From Bacteroidota bacterium (GTDB taxonomy: Bacteria > Bacteroidota > Bacteroidia > Chitinophagales > Chitinophagaceae), in NCBI GenBank assembly GCA_039805045.1, contig JBDLUZ010000003.1:1-32628 (forward strand): a stretch of 32,628 bases of DNA, given 5' to 3'. How positions within the stretch are numbered: position 1 is the first letter of the stretch; each line of letters begins with the position of its first letter. Of the stretch, positions 17,166-27,047 are shown piece by piece. The translations under genes were made by a program, and so were the position numbers. The notes under the pieces were generated by a model that saw only the letters and a list, made by a program, of their open reading frames with translations, was not told the DNA's origin and did no database searches.

Positions 17166-20090
17166 ATGTTCAAGATAAGATCAGTAATCTCCTGCATGCT
17201 CCTGTGCATTGTTTTTCAATCAAATGCTCAAAATAGCATCAATTGGGTGGATAGTGTCATGAAAAGTCTTTCACCTGATGAAAAAATTGCACAGCTGATC
17301 ATGGTAAGACTCTCTTCTATTGATCTTAAAACAAGAACCATCAGCTACTACGATTCCATTGTGGAAAGAGATATCAGGAAATACAATATTGGAGGCATCT
17401 GTTTGTTTCAGGGTCCGGCAGTCAAGCAGGCAAAACTTATCAATGCTTTTCAATCATTTGCCAAGACACCTATCCTTATCGCAATTGATGGTGAAACAGG
17501 CGTGGGCATGAGGATTGACAGCGTAACACCATTACCGAAAATGATGATGCTGGGTGCATTGAGAGACAGTTCAGTTGTTTACCGGTATGGCAAATGGGTG
17601 GCAGAGCAATGCAAACAAATGGGTATTCAGGTCAATTTTGCCCCTGTAGTTGATGTCAATAACAATCCTGATAACCCCGTAATCAATGACAGGTCTTTCG
17701 GAGAAAATAAATATACAGTAGCCCAAATGGCTACACAGTACATGTTGGGTATGAAGGATGCCGGTATTATGGGCAGCGCCAAACATTTTCCCGGACATGG
17801 AGATGTTGCGGTAGATTCCCACCTCGACCTTCCTGTGATCAATAAAAAAAGAGAGCAACTGGACACCCTGGAATTATATCCCTTCAAAAAACTTATTGAA
17901 GCTGGTGTTGGGAGTGTTATGGTAGGACACCTTTTCATCCCTGCAATTGACAATACACCAAAGCGAGCGTCTTCTATTTCTGAAAAAAATGTTACCGGCC
18001 TTTTAAGAAATGAGCTTGGATTCAGTGGACTGACATTTACCGATGCACTTGAAATGAAAGGAGTTGCAGCGGAGTTCCCTGATGGAGCTGCAGGTGTTGA
18101 ATCCCTTGTAGCAGGCAACGATATGCTTTGCCTTCCCGGTGAAGTAGGAACTGTTATTCAAAAAGTGAAGGATGCGATAGCTACGGGCAGACTCAGCTGG
18201 GAAAAAATTGACGGCCACGTAAAAAAAGTACTTGAAGCCAAGTTTGCACAGGGGCTATCTGACTGGGAGCCCGTTTCACTTTTAAATCTGACACAAAGAC
18301 TAAATGAACACAGCGATGCAATAAAAAAAGAAGTAGCAGAAAAGGCAATTACTTTAGGCAGATTGGGTGATCCCAGCTCATTCCCACTCAAACAGGAAAC
18401 AGCTGAAAACAAAGGAGTTAAAAAGAATATAGTTCTTATTGACTATGCAAAAAATCGAAATACGCAGTTTGCTGCACTGATGAGAAAAAATTACAATGCA
18501 GATGTTTTTCTGGTAGACAATTCCAGTTCAGTTGCTTATGCAGACAGCCTTATTCAGGTTATTCAGTCTAATTATGATCATGTGGTTATGGCCATTCATG
18601 AACTGCCCAGGTATCCTGCCAATAATTTCAACATGAATAAAGTGGTTGTAAACCTGTTCAACAGGATTGCAGTACTTAAATCAACCAACCTGTTCATCTT
18701 TGGCAATCCATATGCTGCTAAAAGTTTTTGCGCGCATAACAATATCCTACTTTGCTATGATGACGATCCCATTACACATGTTGCAGCAGCATCAATGCTC
18801 AAGGGAGAAATCATCCCTGAAGGCATCCTGCCCGTTTCGGTTTGTGAAAATCTGCCAGCAGGTACCAGTATCAAAACAACTGGCAACATATTAAAAGCAA
18901 GTGAGGCGCAATCGGGTACTGGTAATGTCAATACATCCAAAATAGATTCTGTTATCAATGACGCCATAGCAAGAAAAGCAGCACCTGGCATGGCATTGCT
19001 GGTTGTCAAAAACAACAGGATAATTATGGAGAAAACTTATGGCAACATGAGTTATACCGGTTCGGGGAAAATGACCCAGGAAACAGTTTTTGACATGGCT
19101 TCGGTAACTAAAATATGTGCTACAACACTTTCTGTGATGAAACTTTATGACGAAGGCAGAATAGACCTGGACAAAACGCTGGGAGATTACATTGCGTGGA
19201 CAAAAAATACCAACAAAGAAGGTTTAAGGATAAGAGATATATTGTTGCACGAAGCAGGGCTAAAAGCATGGATACCTTTTTATAAGGAAATAGCAGACAG
19301 CACTACGATGAAAGCGTTACCAGGTTATTTCAGCAAAAAACAAGACAATGGCTTTGGTATTAAAGTAGATGATTCCCTTTATATGCTCACCGCTTGGAGA
19401 GACACCATGATAAGCAGAATTTTAACTTCCCCACTTGAAAAAAAGAAAACTTACATATACAGTGACAATGACTTTATCTTTCTTGGTGAACTCGTCAAAT
19501 CCATCAGTGGTCTGTCATTGGAACAATATGCATGGAAACATTTTTATGCCCCACTCGGCTTGAGAAGTACCGGTTTTAACCCAACCGGTTTTATGAGCAA
19601 ACAAACAATTGCCCCAACAGAACAAGATCCGTATTTCAGGGAAAGACTTGTTCAGGGATATGTGCATGATCCCGGTGCGGCGATGTTTGGAGGTATATCA
19701 GGGCACGCTGGACTTTTCAGCAATGCCTATGAAACAGCAGTACTGATGAGTGTTGTTATGAATGGCGGGAAGCTTAACGGAAAAAGATTTTTTTCAGACA
19801 GCACAGTGAAACTATTTACTGCATATCAGAGTGAAATCAGCAGACGCGGACTGGGTTTTGACAAACCTGAGAAAGACAACAACAGCAGAAAATCCCCCTA
19901 CCCGGCACTTGCAGTTTCACTGTCAACATTTGGTCATACTGGTTTTACAGGAACATGTACGTGGGCAGACCCTGCAAAGGGCATTGTATTTGTGTTGCTC
20001 GCCAACAGGGTACATCCAACTGCAAGCAATACCTTTGGGGAACTCAATGTAAGGGGTAAGGTGATGGAAGAAGTATTTACAGCATATTAA
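17166..20090 (+). CDS. GH3 beta-N-acetylglucosaminidase (NagZ-type) fused to a beta-lactamase-family serine hydrolase; signal peptide
   Basis: KHFPGHG...DSH and TDALEM GH3 motifs; C-terminal ASVTK (SxxK), YSD and GHTGFTG. Confidence 0.9.
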   Translation: MFKIRSVISCMLLCIVFQSNAQNSINWVDSVMKSLSPDEKIAQLIMVRLSSIDLKTRTISYYDSIVERDIRKYNIGGICLFQGPAVKQAKLINAFQSFAKTPILIAIDGETGVGMRIDSVTPLPKMMMLGALRDSSVVYRYGKWVAEQCKQMGIQVNFAPVVDVNNNPDNPVINDRSFGENKYTVAQMATQYMLGMKDAGIMGSAKHFPGHGDVAVDSHLDLPVINKKREQLDTLELYPFKKLIEAGVGSVMVGHLFIPAIDNTPKRASSISEKNVTGLLRNELGFSGLTFTDALEMKGVAAEFPDGAAGVESLVAGNDMLCLPGEVGTVIQKVKDAIATGRLSWEKIDGHVKKVLEAKFAQGLSDWEPVSLLNLTQRLNEHSDAIKKEVAEKAITLGRLGDPSSFPLKQETAENKGVKKNIVLIDYAKNRNTQFAALMRKNYNADVFLVDNSSSVAYADSLIQVIQSNYDHVVMAIHELPRYPANNFNMNKVVVNLFNRIAVLKSTNLFIFGNPYAAKSFCAHNNILLCYDDDPITHVAAASMLKGEIIPEGILPVSVCENLPAGTSIKTTGNILKASEAQSGTGNVNTSKIDSVINDAIARKAAPGMALLVVKNNRIIMEKTYGNMSYTGSGKMTQETVFDMASVTKICATTLSVMKLYDEGRIDLDKTLGDYIAWTKNTNKEGLRIRDILLHEAGLKAWIPFYKEIADSTTMKALPGYFSKKQDNGFGIKVDDSLYMLTAWRDTMISRILTSPLEKKKTYIYSDNDFIFLGELVKSISGLSLEQYAWKHFYAPLGLRSTGFNPTGFMSKQTIAPTEQDPYFRERLVQGYVHDPGAAMFGGISGHAGLFSNAYETAVLMSVVMNGGKLNGKRFFSDSTVKLFTAYQSEISRRGLGFDKPEKDNNSRKSPYPALAVSLSTFGHTGFTGTCTWADPAKGIVFVLLANRVHPTASNTFGELNVRGKVMEEVFTAY

Positions 20091-20913
20091 GCTGGGTTCT
20101 TACTACTACTTTGGCTGCAACCCAGGCTTTTTGGTAATTGGGTATTCTGATTCTTTCTTCAAGAATGCGCTGTGGTTGCACAGCCTTGATTTTTTTGAAA
20201 AGGCTCAGGTAGTACTTGTAAGCGAGGTATACACCAAATCTTGCTTTTAAAGGTAGCTTGGTGATTCCTTCGTATGCAGCATTGAAATCATTTTGTATAT
20301 CAGCTTCAATTTCTGCTTTCATTTTATCTGTGAAATCCCTGAAATCCACACCCGGAAAATATACACGATTCAGTTGTTGATAATCAGCCTTTACATCCCT
20401 TAAAAAATTTACTTTCTGGAATGCTGCACCTAATGCCTGAGCACTTGGCTTTAGCTTCTCGTATTCAACTTTATCCCCGTCACAGAAAACATATAAACAC
20501 ATCAATCCAACAACTTCGGCACTTCCGTAAATATACTCAGCATAACCGTTTGCGTCGTAAGTCGACTTGTTCAAATCAAACTCCATGCTTTTAAAAAAGG
20601 CTTCAATCAGTTCCTTATCAATGTTGTATTTGTTTACTGTAATCTGGAAACTATGTAAAATAGGGTTAAGGCTTATTCCTTGCTCAATGGCAATGTATGT
20701 CTCTTTTTTAAATGACGCAAGGAGAGAAGCCTTATCGAATCCATGGAAAGTATCAACGATTTCATCAGCGAACCTTACCAGGCCATAGATATCATAGATA
20801 GGTCCGCGGAGATCTTTGTGCAGCAAACGGATTGCACTGCTGAAAGAGGTACTGTACCTTTCAGTTGTTAGCCTGCTGCAATCATGTGATACCTGATGAA
20901 AAACTCCAATCAT
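20077..20913 (-). CDS. crtB: Phytoene synthase
   Basis: YSTSF, RFADEIVD, SAEVVGLM and NFLRDVKAD. ATG 20913 is the likely start. Confidence 0.93.
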   Translation of the reverse strand: MIGVFHQVSHDCSRLTTERYSTSFSSAIRLLHKDLRGPIYDIYGLVRFADEIVDTFHGFDKASLLASFKKETYIAIEQGISLNPILHSFQITVNKYNIDKELIEAFFKSMEFDLNKSTYDANGYAEYIYGSAEVVGLMCLYVFCDGDKVEYEKLKPSAQALGAAFQKVNFLRDVKADYQQLNRVYFPGVDFRDFTDKMKAEIEADIQNDFNAAYEGITKLPLKARFGVYLAYKYYLSLFKKIKAVQPQRILEERIRIPNYQKAWVAAKVVVRTQLNML

Positions 20914-20992
20914 ATGGCTCAAATTAATTCAAACGTTTAACAATGTACGCTTTCAGTAGCACTTAACATAAACAATTCAGAACAATTGAATA

Positions 20993-22471
20993 TTATTTTT
21001 GTTCAGAGTTGATGAGTTTGGCCACTACTTCCCCACTAATCAGGCTGGGAGGTACTCCTGGACCCGGCACCGTCAACTGACCTGTATAATAGAGATTGTT
21101 TACTTTTTTACTTCTGCAAGACGGCTTTAATATTGCAGTCTGCATGAGTGTGTTGGCCAACCCGTAAGCATTCCCTTTAAATGCACTGTAATCATTTACA
21201 AAGTCTGAATAGGCATAGGCGCGTTTATATACAATATGTTTTCTGATATCTATCCCAGAACGCTCAAGAAGCCTTTCACATAAAATATCAAAATAATGAT
21301 CTCTTATTTTATCATCATCACCAGTTAAACCAGCTGCAACAGGTATCAGAAAGAAAAGATTTTCGCAGCCTTCAGGGGCCTGAGATGAATCCGTTACTGA
21401 TGTAGCACTCAGGTAAAATAAAGGATCAGTAGGCCATTGGGGATCAGTATAAATTTCAGCAGCGTGTTTACCAAATGGAACATCAAAGAAAAGCGAATGG
21501 TGCTGGAGTCCGGGAATCTTTTTATTGACACCAACATAATAAATCAGACAACCTGGAGCCATGACACGTTTTTCCCAGTATGCATTGGAATAGCTTCTGT
21601 ACTGCGGGTCAAGTAACTGCGTTTCCATGAAATGGTAATCAGCCGCACCCACCACTACATCTGCCTGATAATACATGCCATCTGCTGTTTTTACACCCTT
21701 TGCATTTCCGCCAACAACATCAACACCTGTAATGGTTTTATTGAAGTGAAACTTCACACCCTGCTGAACGGCAAGTTTGTGCATCCCTTCAACAATCTTA
21801 TACATCCCCCCTTTAGGAAACCAGGTACCCAGCTTTACATCAGCATAGTTCATGAGGCTATATAAAGCAGGTGTATTTTCAGGAAGTGCACCTAGAAACA
21901 GTACAGGGAATTCCATCATCTGCCTAATCTGTGGATGCTTAAAATATTTCCCTATATGCCCTTTGATATCATTAAATACATCAAGCTTGAAAAGTCCTGC
22001 TATCAGCTCTGCATCAAGAAATTCAAGGATGGATTGTCCGGGTTTAAATACAAGCTTGTTGATACCAACCTTGTATTTGTAAGCGGCTTCTTCCATAAAT
22101 GCATCCAACTTTTCACCTGCACCAGGCTCAAGGGATTCAAAAAGTGATTTGAGTGCCTTGTAATCAGCGGGAACATCCATTTCACCCTGCTCCCAGTAGA
22201 TTCTGTATGATGGATCAAGCCTGATTAAATCATAAAAATCAGAAGTCTTACTTCCAAAAGATGCAAAATAACGGTCAAAAACATCAGGCATCCAATACCA
22301 GCTAGGCCCCATATCAAATGTGAAACCATCGGTTTTGAAATGCCTGGCCCTTCCTCCAGGTTGGTCATGTTTTTCTACAACAGTAACATCCCAACCTAAT
22401 TTTGCAAGAAAAGATGCAGCGGAAAGACCAGCAAACCCTGCACCTACAACAACCACTTTTTGAGACACCAA
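20993..22471 (-). CDS. crtI: Phytoene desaturase
   Basis: GAGFAG FAD motif, GGRA, FDMGPSWYWMP and GQLTVPGPGVPPSLISG. TTG or GTG start. Confidence 0.93.
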   Translation of the reverse strand: MVSQKVVVVGAGFAGLSAASFLAKLGWDVTVVEKHDQPGGRARHFKTDGFTFDMGPSWYWMPDVFDRYFASFGSKTSDFYDLIRLDPSYRIYWEQGEMDVPADYKALKSLFESLEPGAGEKLDAFMEEAAYKYKVGINKLVFKPGQSILEFLDAELIAGLFKLDVFNDIKGHIGKYFKHPQIRQMMEFPVLFLGALPENTPALYSLMNYADVKLGTWFPKGGMYKIVEGMHKLAVQQGVKFHFNKTITGVDVVGGNAKGVKTADGMYYQADVVVGAADYHFMETQLLDPQYRSYSNAYWEKRVMAPGCLIYYVGVNKKIPGLQHHSLFFDVPFGKHAAEIYTDPQWPTDPLFYLSATSVTDSSQAPEGCENLFFLIPVAAGLTGDDDKIRDHYFDILCERLLERSGIDIRKHIVYKRAYAYSDFVNDYSAFKGNAYGLANTLMQTAILKPSCRSKKVNNLYYTGQLTVPGPGVPPSLISGEVVAKLINSEQK

Positions 22472-22478
22472 TATAATT

Positions 22479-22979
22479 TTAGAATTTATTCAGTTCTGAT
22501 TTTAACAACCTGCGGGCGAAATGAATCCTGCTTTTGATGGTACCAAGAGGTTCATTCAACATATCAGCAATTTCATGATATTTATAGCCTTCAAAATACA
22601 ACATGAATGGTTGCCTGAAAATACTCGGCAATTCATAGATTGCCTTGTTAATATCTTTGATACGTATTGTAGCCTCAGCTCCATTGGGCACTGCGGCTTG
22701 GTTATGATCCAGCAGAAATTCATTAGGCGTGCTGTCAAAAATGGTATTTTGCTTGGATTTTCTCCTGTAATTGTTGATGAAAATATTGCGCATGATCGTG
22801 TAAAGCCATGCCTTTATATTTGTGCCTACACTGTACTTTTCCTGATTGGATAATGCCCTGAACATGGTTTCCTGTAGCAGGTCTTTTGCAGATTCCTGAT
22901 CCTTCGTCAAGGTCACTGCAAAAGGACGCAGGTATTCTGAATTTTGAAGCAAGAGCTGGTTGAATTCCTGAGTTGACAT
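22479..22979 (-). CDS. ECF RNA polymerase sigma-70 factor
   Basis: DLLQET, AWLYTIMRNIFIN and YHEIA...GTIKSRIHFAR. Confidence 0.92.
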   Translation of the reverse strand: MSTQEFNQLLLQNSEYLRPFAVTLTKDQESAKDLLQETMFRALSNQEKYSVGTNIKAWLYTIMRNIFINNYRRKSKQNTIFDSTPNEFLLDHNQAAVPNGAEATIRIKDINKAIYELPSIFRQPFMLYFEGYKYHEIADMLNEPLGTIKSRIHFARRLLKSELNKF

Positions 22980-22983
22980 GTTC

Positions 22984-23020
22984 TTTTGTTTAAATATTCA
23001 ATAATCAAATTTAAACAAAA
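22984..23020. promoter_or_regulatory. 12-bp inverted repeat overlapping the -7 box (TAAATTTG, 23013-23006, minus) of the sigma-crtI-crtB unit; candidate operator
   Basis: TTTTGTTTAAAT-N13-ATTTAAACAAAA. Confidence 0.55.
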
Positions 23021-23133
23021 TTGGCAGATGCGGAAGGATTTTTGTTTAATTTTTATAAAAAAAAGTTAAACGCTTTTAATGTGCTGATTACCAGCCCAAT
23101 ACAAACATTAGTTCAAAGATTAATGTCAATAAA

Positions 23134-24015
23134 TTAAACAAGATTGGTGATGAACTCTGTAACTTCCTGCAAGGATTTCTTGAAATGAATTTGCGGAGGG
23201 ATCTTTTTCTCATAGGTTGCTGCAAGCCTTCCTGATATGATTAAAGGTATATTTCCAAACCTTTTGAGTGATTGGTGAATGAACTTATCGAAGTTGAATA
23301 CGCTTGATACAGACGTAAGATGGGTATAAATAAAGTCTGGATTTTTATATTTCGCAACATATTCAACATCCTCCATAGGCACATTGGAGCCAAGATAAAA
23401 AACACGCAATCCCCTGCTCTTGAGTAGATACTGTATAAAAAGCAGACCTAATTCATGGTATTCTCCTTCTGGAAGAAAAAGGAGTCCACTTTTCTTGAGC
23501 TGAAAGATGGGGTTTGCAGCTTCAGTTCCAACAATGAGTTTCTGTCTGATAATATTGGAGACCAAGTGTTCCTGAGCCGGATTGATGTGTCCTGTAATCC
23601 ACAAAACACCAATTCTCTCCATGAAAGGAAAAATAATCTGGTGAATTGTTTTTTCTATCCCTTTAGCCCGGATATATTCTTCAAGGCTATCTTCGAAACC
23701 TTCAAGATTCATATCTACCATTGCCTGAATGAGGGCATTGACTATACGCTCCTGTTGTGCATGGATGTTATTGATGCCTAAAATCTTATTCTTCATGTCC
23801 TCTTCACCCATGCGATCGATATGGGAGATTTTGAACCCATATTTATTGAGAAGAGAGATGTTTAGGATTTTCTTCAATTCTTCGTTATTGTAATAACGAA
23901 TATTGGTATCTGTCCTTTGGGGTTTTAGGAAATTGTAACGCTGTTCCCAAATACGAATAGTATGGGCCTTGATGCCAGTAAGATTCTCAAGATCTTTTAT
24001 GGTAAATGCGTTCAT
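23134..24015 (-). CDS. MerR-family regulator with cobalamin-binding domain (CarH/LitR-like)
   Basis: MerR HTH (FTIKDLENLTGIKAHTIRIWEQRY), W-x9-EH (WITGHINPAQEH) and E-x-H-x-x-G (EYHELG). Confidence 0.9.
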   Translation of the reverse strand: MNAFTIKDLENLTGIKAHTIRIWEQRYNFLKPQRTDTNIRYYNNEELKKILNISLLNKYGFKISHIDRMGEEDMKNKILGINNIHAQQERIVNALIQAMVDMNLEGFEDSLEEYIRAKGIEKTIHQIIFPFMERIGVLWITGHINPAQEHLVSNIIRQKLIVGTEAANPIFQLKKSGLLFLPEGEYHELGLLFIQYLLKSRGLRVFYLGSNVPMEDVEYVAKYKNPDFIYTHLTSVSSVFNFDKFIHQSLKRFGNIPLIISGRLAATYEKKIPPQIHFKKSLQEVTEFITNLV

Positions 24016-24106
24016 TCTGCTAGTAACATTATTTTAGGGTAAATGTTCAGTTTATCAGACTTGGAAGAAGTGTGCAAAATCAACTACAAGTCAATTTCAC
24101 AATCCG

Positions 24107-24114
24107 CAAAATTA
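24107..24114 (-). promoter_or_regulatory. -7 promoter box (TAATTTTG) for the merR-like gene
   Basis: Exact match about 90 nt upstream of the ATG, downstream of the EPS operon terminator. Confidence 0.5.
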
Positions 24115-24198
24115 AATAAACGGTTCAAATTGACTAAAAATGATCAAAATGCAGACTATTGTTGAATTTTGACGAACATATTGACCTAAACAGTCAAC

Positions 24199-24230
24199 AA
24201 AAAAAGAAGCCCTTTTAGCTAAAAAAGGGC
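24199..24230 (-). terminator. Intrinsic terminator of the EPS operon
   Basis: Stem GCCCTTTT/AAAAGGGC (24209-24230) followed on the minus strand by TTCTTTTTTT, 30 nt after the phosphatase stop. Confidence 0.75.
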
Positions 24231-24259
24231 AAAACTATTTTTAAAATATTTTTAAATTT

Positions 24260-24994
24260 TTACCTCAAATGTTTCAATTTGGCGCTATCCAAGGCTTTTG
24301 CAAGAGACTTTGTTAACTTCAATTCCTGTAAAGCAGCTAAATGTCGCTCATGGTGGAGGTCTGTTCCAAGCAAATCAATCATACCCAGTTCTGCCATCCA
24401 TTCGGCAGCTTTCCTTACATGCGGACCATAATAATTGGAAAATGACAATAAATTAGCCTGGAAAATGAGTCCTGCATCATGCAATTCTTCTAACGCTTTT
24501 CGCTGTGTATGGTAAAAATTATAACGTTCCGGATGTGCGAAAACCGGCTGATATCCCTGCAACTGCATTTCAAAAAAAACTTCCTTTAGTTGCATAGGAG
24601 GCTGGATAAAGGAAATTTCGACAAGTACCCAGTTGTTCCTGATACACAACAATGGATCTTTATCCTTCAGCAATTGTTCAAAATTACCATCAATCAGGTA
24701 TTCGGCTGCAATATTTACTTTATTCTGAATGCCTGCATCCTTTAATGCACTATTGAGTCTGTCTGACCCGGCTGCAATTGATATTTTATCATTGCGCCAA
24801 ATATCTTCCATAACATGTGGAGTAGCCGTAAACTCACTGTAACCTAGCTCAATAAGGCCCTTCACAAGTTTTACTGACATCTCACTGTCCACTGCACCAT
24901 CATCAACTCCTGGCATAATATGGGAATGCACATCAGTTGATAACTCATGGAAAGGAAATAAGGAAGAACTCTTTTTTTGAAAAAAAGAAAACAC
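24260..24994 (-). CDS. CpsB/CapC/YwqE-type PHP tyrosine-protein phosphatase
   Basis: DVHSHIMPGVDDG, ATPH, AHPERY and GTDLH. Confidence 0.9.
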   Translation of the reverse strand: MFSFFQKKSSSLFPFHELSTDVHSHIMPGVDDGAVDSEMSVKLVKGLIELGYSEFTATPHVMEDIWRNDKISIAAGSDRLNSALKDAGIQNKVNIAAEYLIDGNFEQLLKDKDPLLCIRNNWVLVEISFIQPPMQLKEVFFEMQLQGYQPVFAHPERYNFYHTQRKALEELHDAGLIFQANLLSFSNYYGPHVRKAAEWMAELGMIDLLGTDLHHERHLAALQELKLTKSLAKALDSAKLKHLR

Positions 24995-25003
24995 ATGTAT
25001 TAA

Positions 25004-25939
25004 TTAAGGATGAGAAACCACTGTCTGATATTCATTGTAAACTTTTTCCAAACCTTCACGCAAACTGGTTTTGAATGTCCAACCCAAACCTGTTAATTTG
25101 GATACATCCATTAGTTTTCGTGGGGTTCCATCTGGTTTTGACGAATCATATACCAGGTCACCTGTAAACCCAACTACATCTCTTACCATCATAGCCAATT
25201 CCGTTATAGTCAAGTCAATGCCTGTTCCGATGTTAACCAGACCAGCCTCATTGTAATGATGCATCAGGTAAACGCATGCATCTGCCAGGTCATCAGCATG
25301 TAAAAACTCCCTGCGTGGTGTTCCACTTCCCCAGATTACAACTTCTTTGGCACCAGCAATTTTTGCGTCATGGAATTTGCGAATGAATGTTGGCAGCACA
25401 TGTGCATTTTCGAGATCATAATTGTCATTCGGCCCGTACAAATTAGTTGGCATTACGGAGATGAAATTACAGCCATACTGATCTCTGTATGCATCACATA
25501 ACTTAATACCGGCAATCTTTGCTATGGCATAAGGCTCATTGGTATATTCAAGTGGTCCGCTCAGCAAATACTCCTCTTTGAGTGGCTGTGGTGCCATCTT
25601 TGGATAAATACAGGATGAACCCAGGAATAATAATTTTTTCACCCCGGTTGCATAAGCAGAATGAATAACATTATTCTGAATCATCAGGTTCTCATACAAG
25701 AACTGCCCCCTGTAAGTATTATTTGCATGGATACCTCCCACCCTAGCTGCAGCTAGAAAAACGTATGCAGGCCTTTCTATCTCAAAAAACTCATTTACTG
25801 CTTCCTGCGTTCGCAGGTCAAGCTGGGCAGAAGTTCTGGTCAGAATATTCTCATAACCAAGTTTTACAAGATTGCGGTGGATTGCAGAACCCACCATACC
25901 TCGATGACCGGCTATATAAATTTTATCAAACTTATTCAT
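25004..25939 (-). CDS. fcl: GDP-L-fucose synthase
   Basis: [31 protein letters not shown] and PTNLYG. Confidence 0.95.
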   Translation of the reverse strand: MNKFDKIYIAGHRGMVGSAIHRNLVKLGYENILTRTSAQLDLRTQEAVNEFFEIERPAYVFLAAARVGGIHANNTYRGQFLYENLMIQNNVIHSAYATGVKKLLFLGSSCIYPKMAPQPLKEEYLLSGPLEYTNEPYAIAKIAGIKLCDAYRDQYGCNFISVMPTNLYGPNDNYDLENAHVLPTFIRKFHDAKIAGAKEVVIWGSGTPRREFLHADDLADACVYLMHHYNEAGLVNIGTGIDLTITELAMMVRDVVGFTGDLVYDSSKPDGTPRKLMDVSKLTGLGWTFKTSLREGLEKVYNEYQTVVSHP

Positions 25940-27047
25940 GAGCATCATTCACGATAAAACCGGAATCTTTAAGCAGCTTCTCCTTTTTGAATAACTCCAC
26001 ATCACTTTCCACCATATCTTTAACCAACATTGGAAGGTCATACTTTGGCTGCCAATCCAATTTTGTCATAGCCTTTGTAGGATCGCCTATCAACAAATCA
26101 ACTTCAGTTGGTCTGAAGTATTTCGGATCGACTGCAACTACTTCCTTTCCTGCAGGAACCTGAAAGTCCGGATTTTCTGAAGCTGTTACATATCCTTTTT
26201 CCTCAACTCCTTGTCCCCTGAATTCAAGCGTTACACCAACTTCAGCGAAAGCCATCCTGATAAACTCACGCACAGGTGTTGTTATACCTGTTGCAATGAC
26301 ATAATCCTCTGGCTGATCCTGCTGCAGTATTCTCCACATAGCCTCTACATAATCCTTGGCATGACCCCAGTCTCTTCGGGCATCGAGATTTCCAAGGTAT
26401 ATCTTATCCTGCATGCCTAAAGCAATTTTTGCAACACCTCTTGTTATCTTTCTGGTAACAAAAGTTTCACCACGAAGGGGACTTTCATGATTAAATAGAA
26501 TACCATTTACAGCAAACATATTGTATGCTTCTCTGTAATTTACGGTTATCCAGTATGCATATAACTTGGCAACACCGTATGGAGAACGGGGATAAAAAGG
26601 TGTTGTTTCCTTCTGTGGCACTTCCTGGACCAATCCATATAATTCAGAAGTGGAAGCCTGATAAATCTTTGTTTTGGCTGTTAGTCCCAATAGCCTAACC
26701 GCTTCCAAAATTCTCAAAGTACCAATACCATCAGCATTAGCAGTATACTCTGGCGTATCAAAACTCACTTTAACATGGCTCATGGCTGCCAGGTTATAAA
26801 TCTCATCAGGTTGCGTTTCCTGTATGATCCTGATTAGATTGGTTGAATCAGTAAGATCACCGTAATGCAATGTAAGCTTGATGCCTTTTTCATGTGGGTC
26901 CTGATACAGATGATCTATACGGGCAGTATTAAAAAGGGACGATCTGCGTTTAATGCCATGAACAATATACCCTTTACTCAGCAATAATTCTGTTAGATAT
27001 GCCCCATCTTGACCATTTACACCTGTAACCAATGCTACTTTTGCCAT
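25932..27047 (-). CDS. gmd: GDP-mannose 4,6-dehydratase
   Basis: [31 protein letters not shown] and RDWGHA. Confidence 0.96.
   Translation of the reverse strand: MAKVALVTGVNGQDGAYLTELLLSKGYIVHGIKRRSSLFNTARIDHLYQDPHEKGIKLTLHYGDLTDSTNLIRIIQETQPDEIYNLAAMSHVKVSFDTPEYTANADGIGTLRILEAVRLLGLTAKTKIYQASTSELYGLVQEVPQKETTPFYPRSPYGVAKLYAYWITVNYREAYNMFAVNGILFNHESPLRGETFVTRKITRGVAKIALGMQDKIYLGNLDARRDWGHAKDYVEAMWRILQQDQPEDYVIATGITTPVREFIRMAFAEVGVTLEFRGQGVEEKGYVTASENPDFQVPAGKEVVAVDPKYFRPTEVDLLIGDPTKAMTKLDWQPKYDLPMLVKDMVESDVELFKKEKLLKDSGFIVNDAHE

Noticed and set aside
18900-20090. Beta-lactamase-like domain as an antibiotic resistance gene
   Set aside because: It is fused to GH3 NagZ in a chromosomal housekeeping context, which fits an amidase/esterase better.
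24016-24105. Cobalamin riboswitch in the merR-like leader
   Set aside because: The leader is short and I could not find the conserved cobalamin riboswitch elements.
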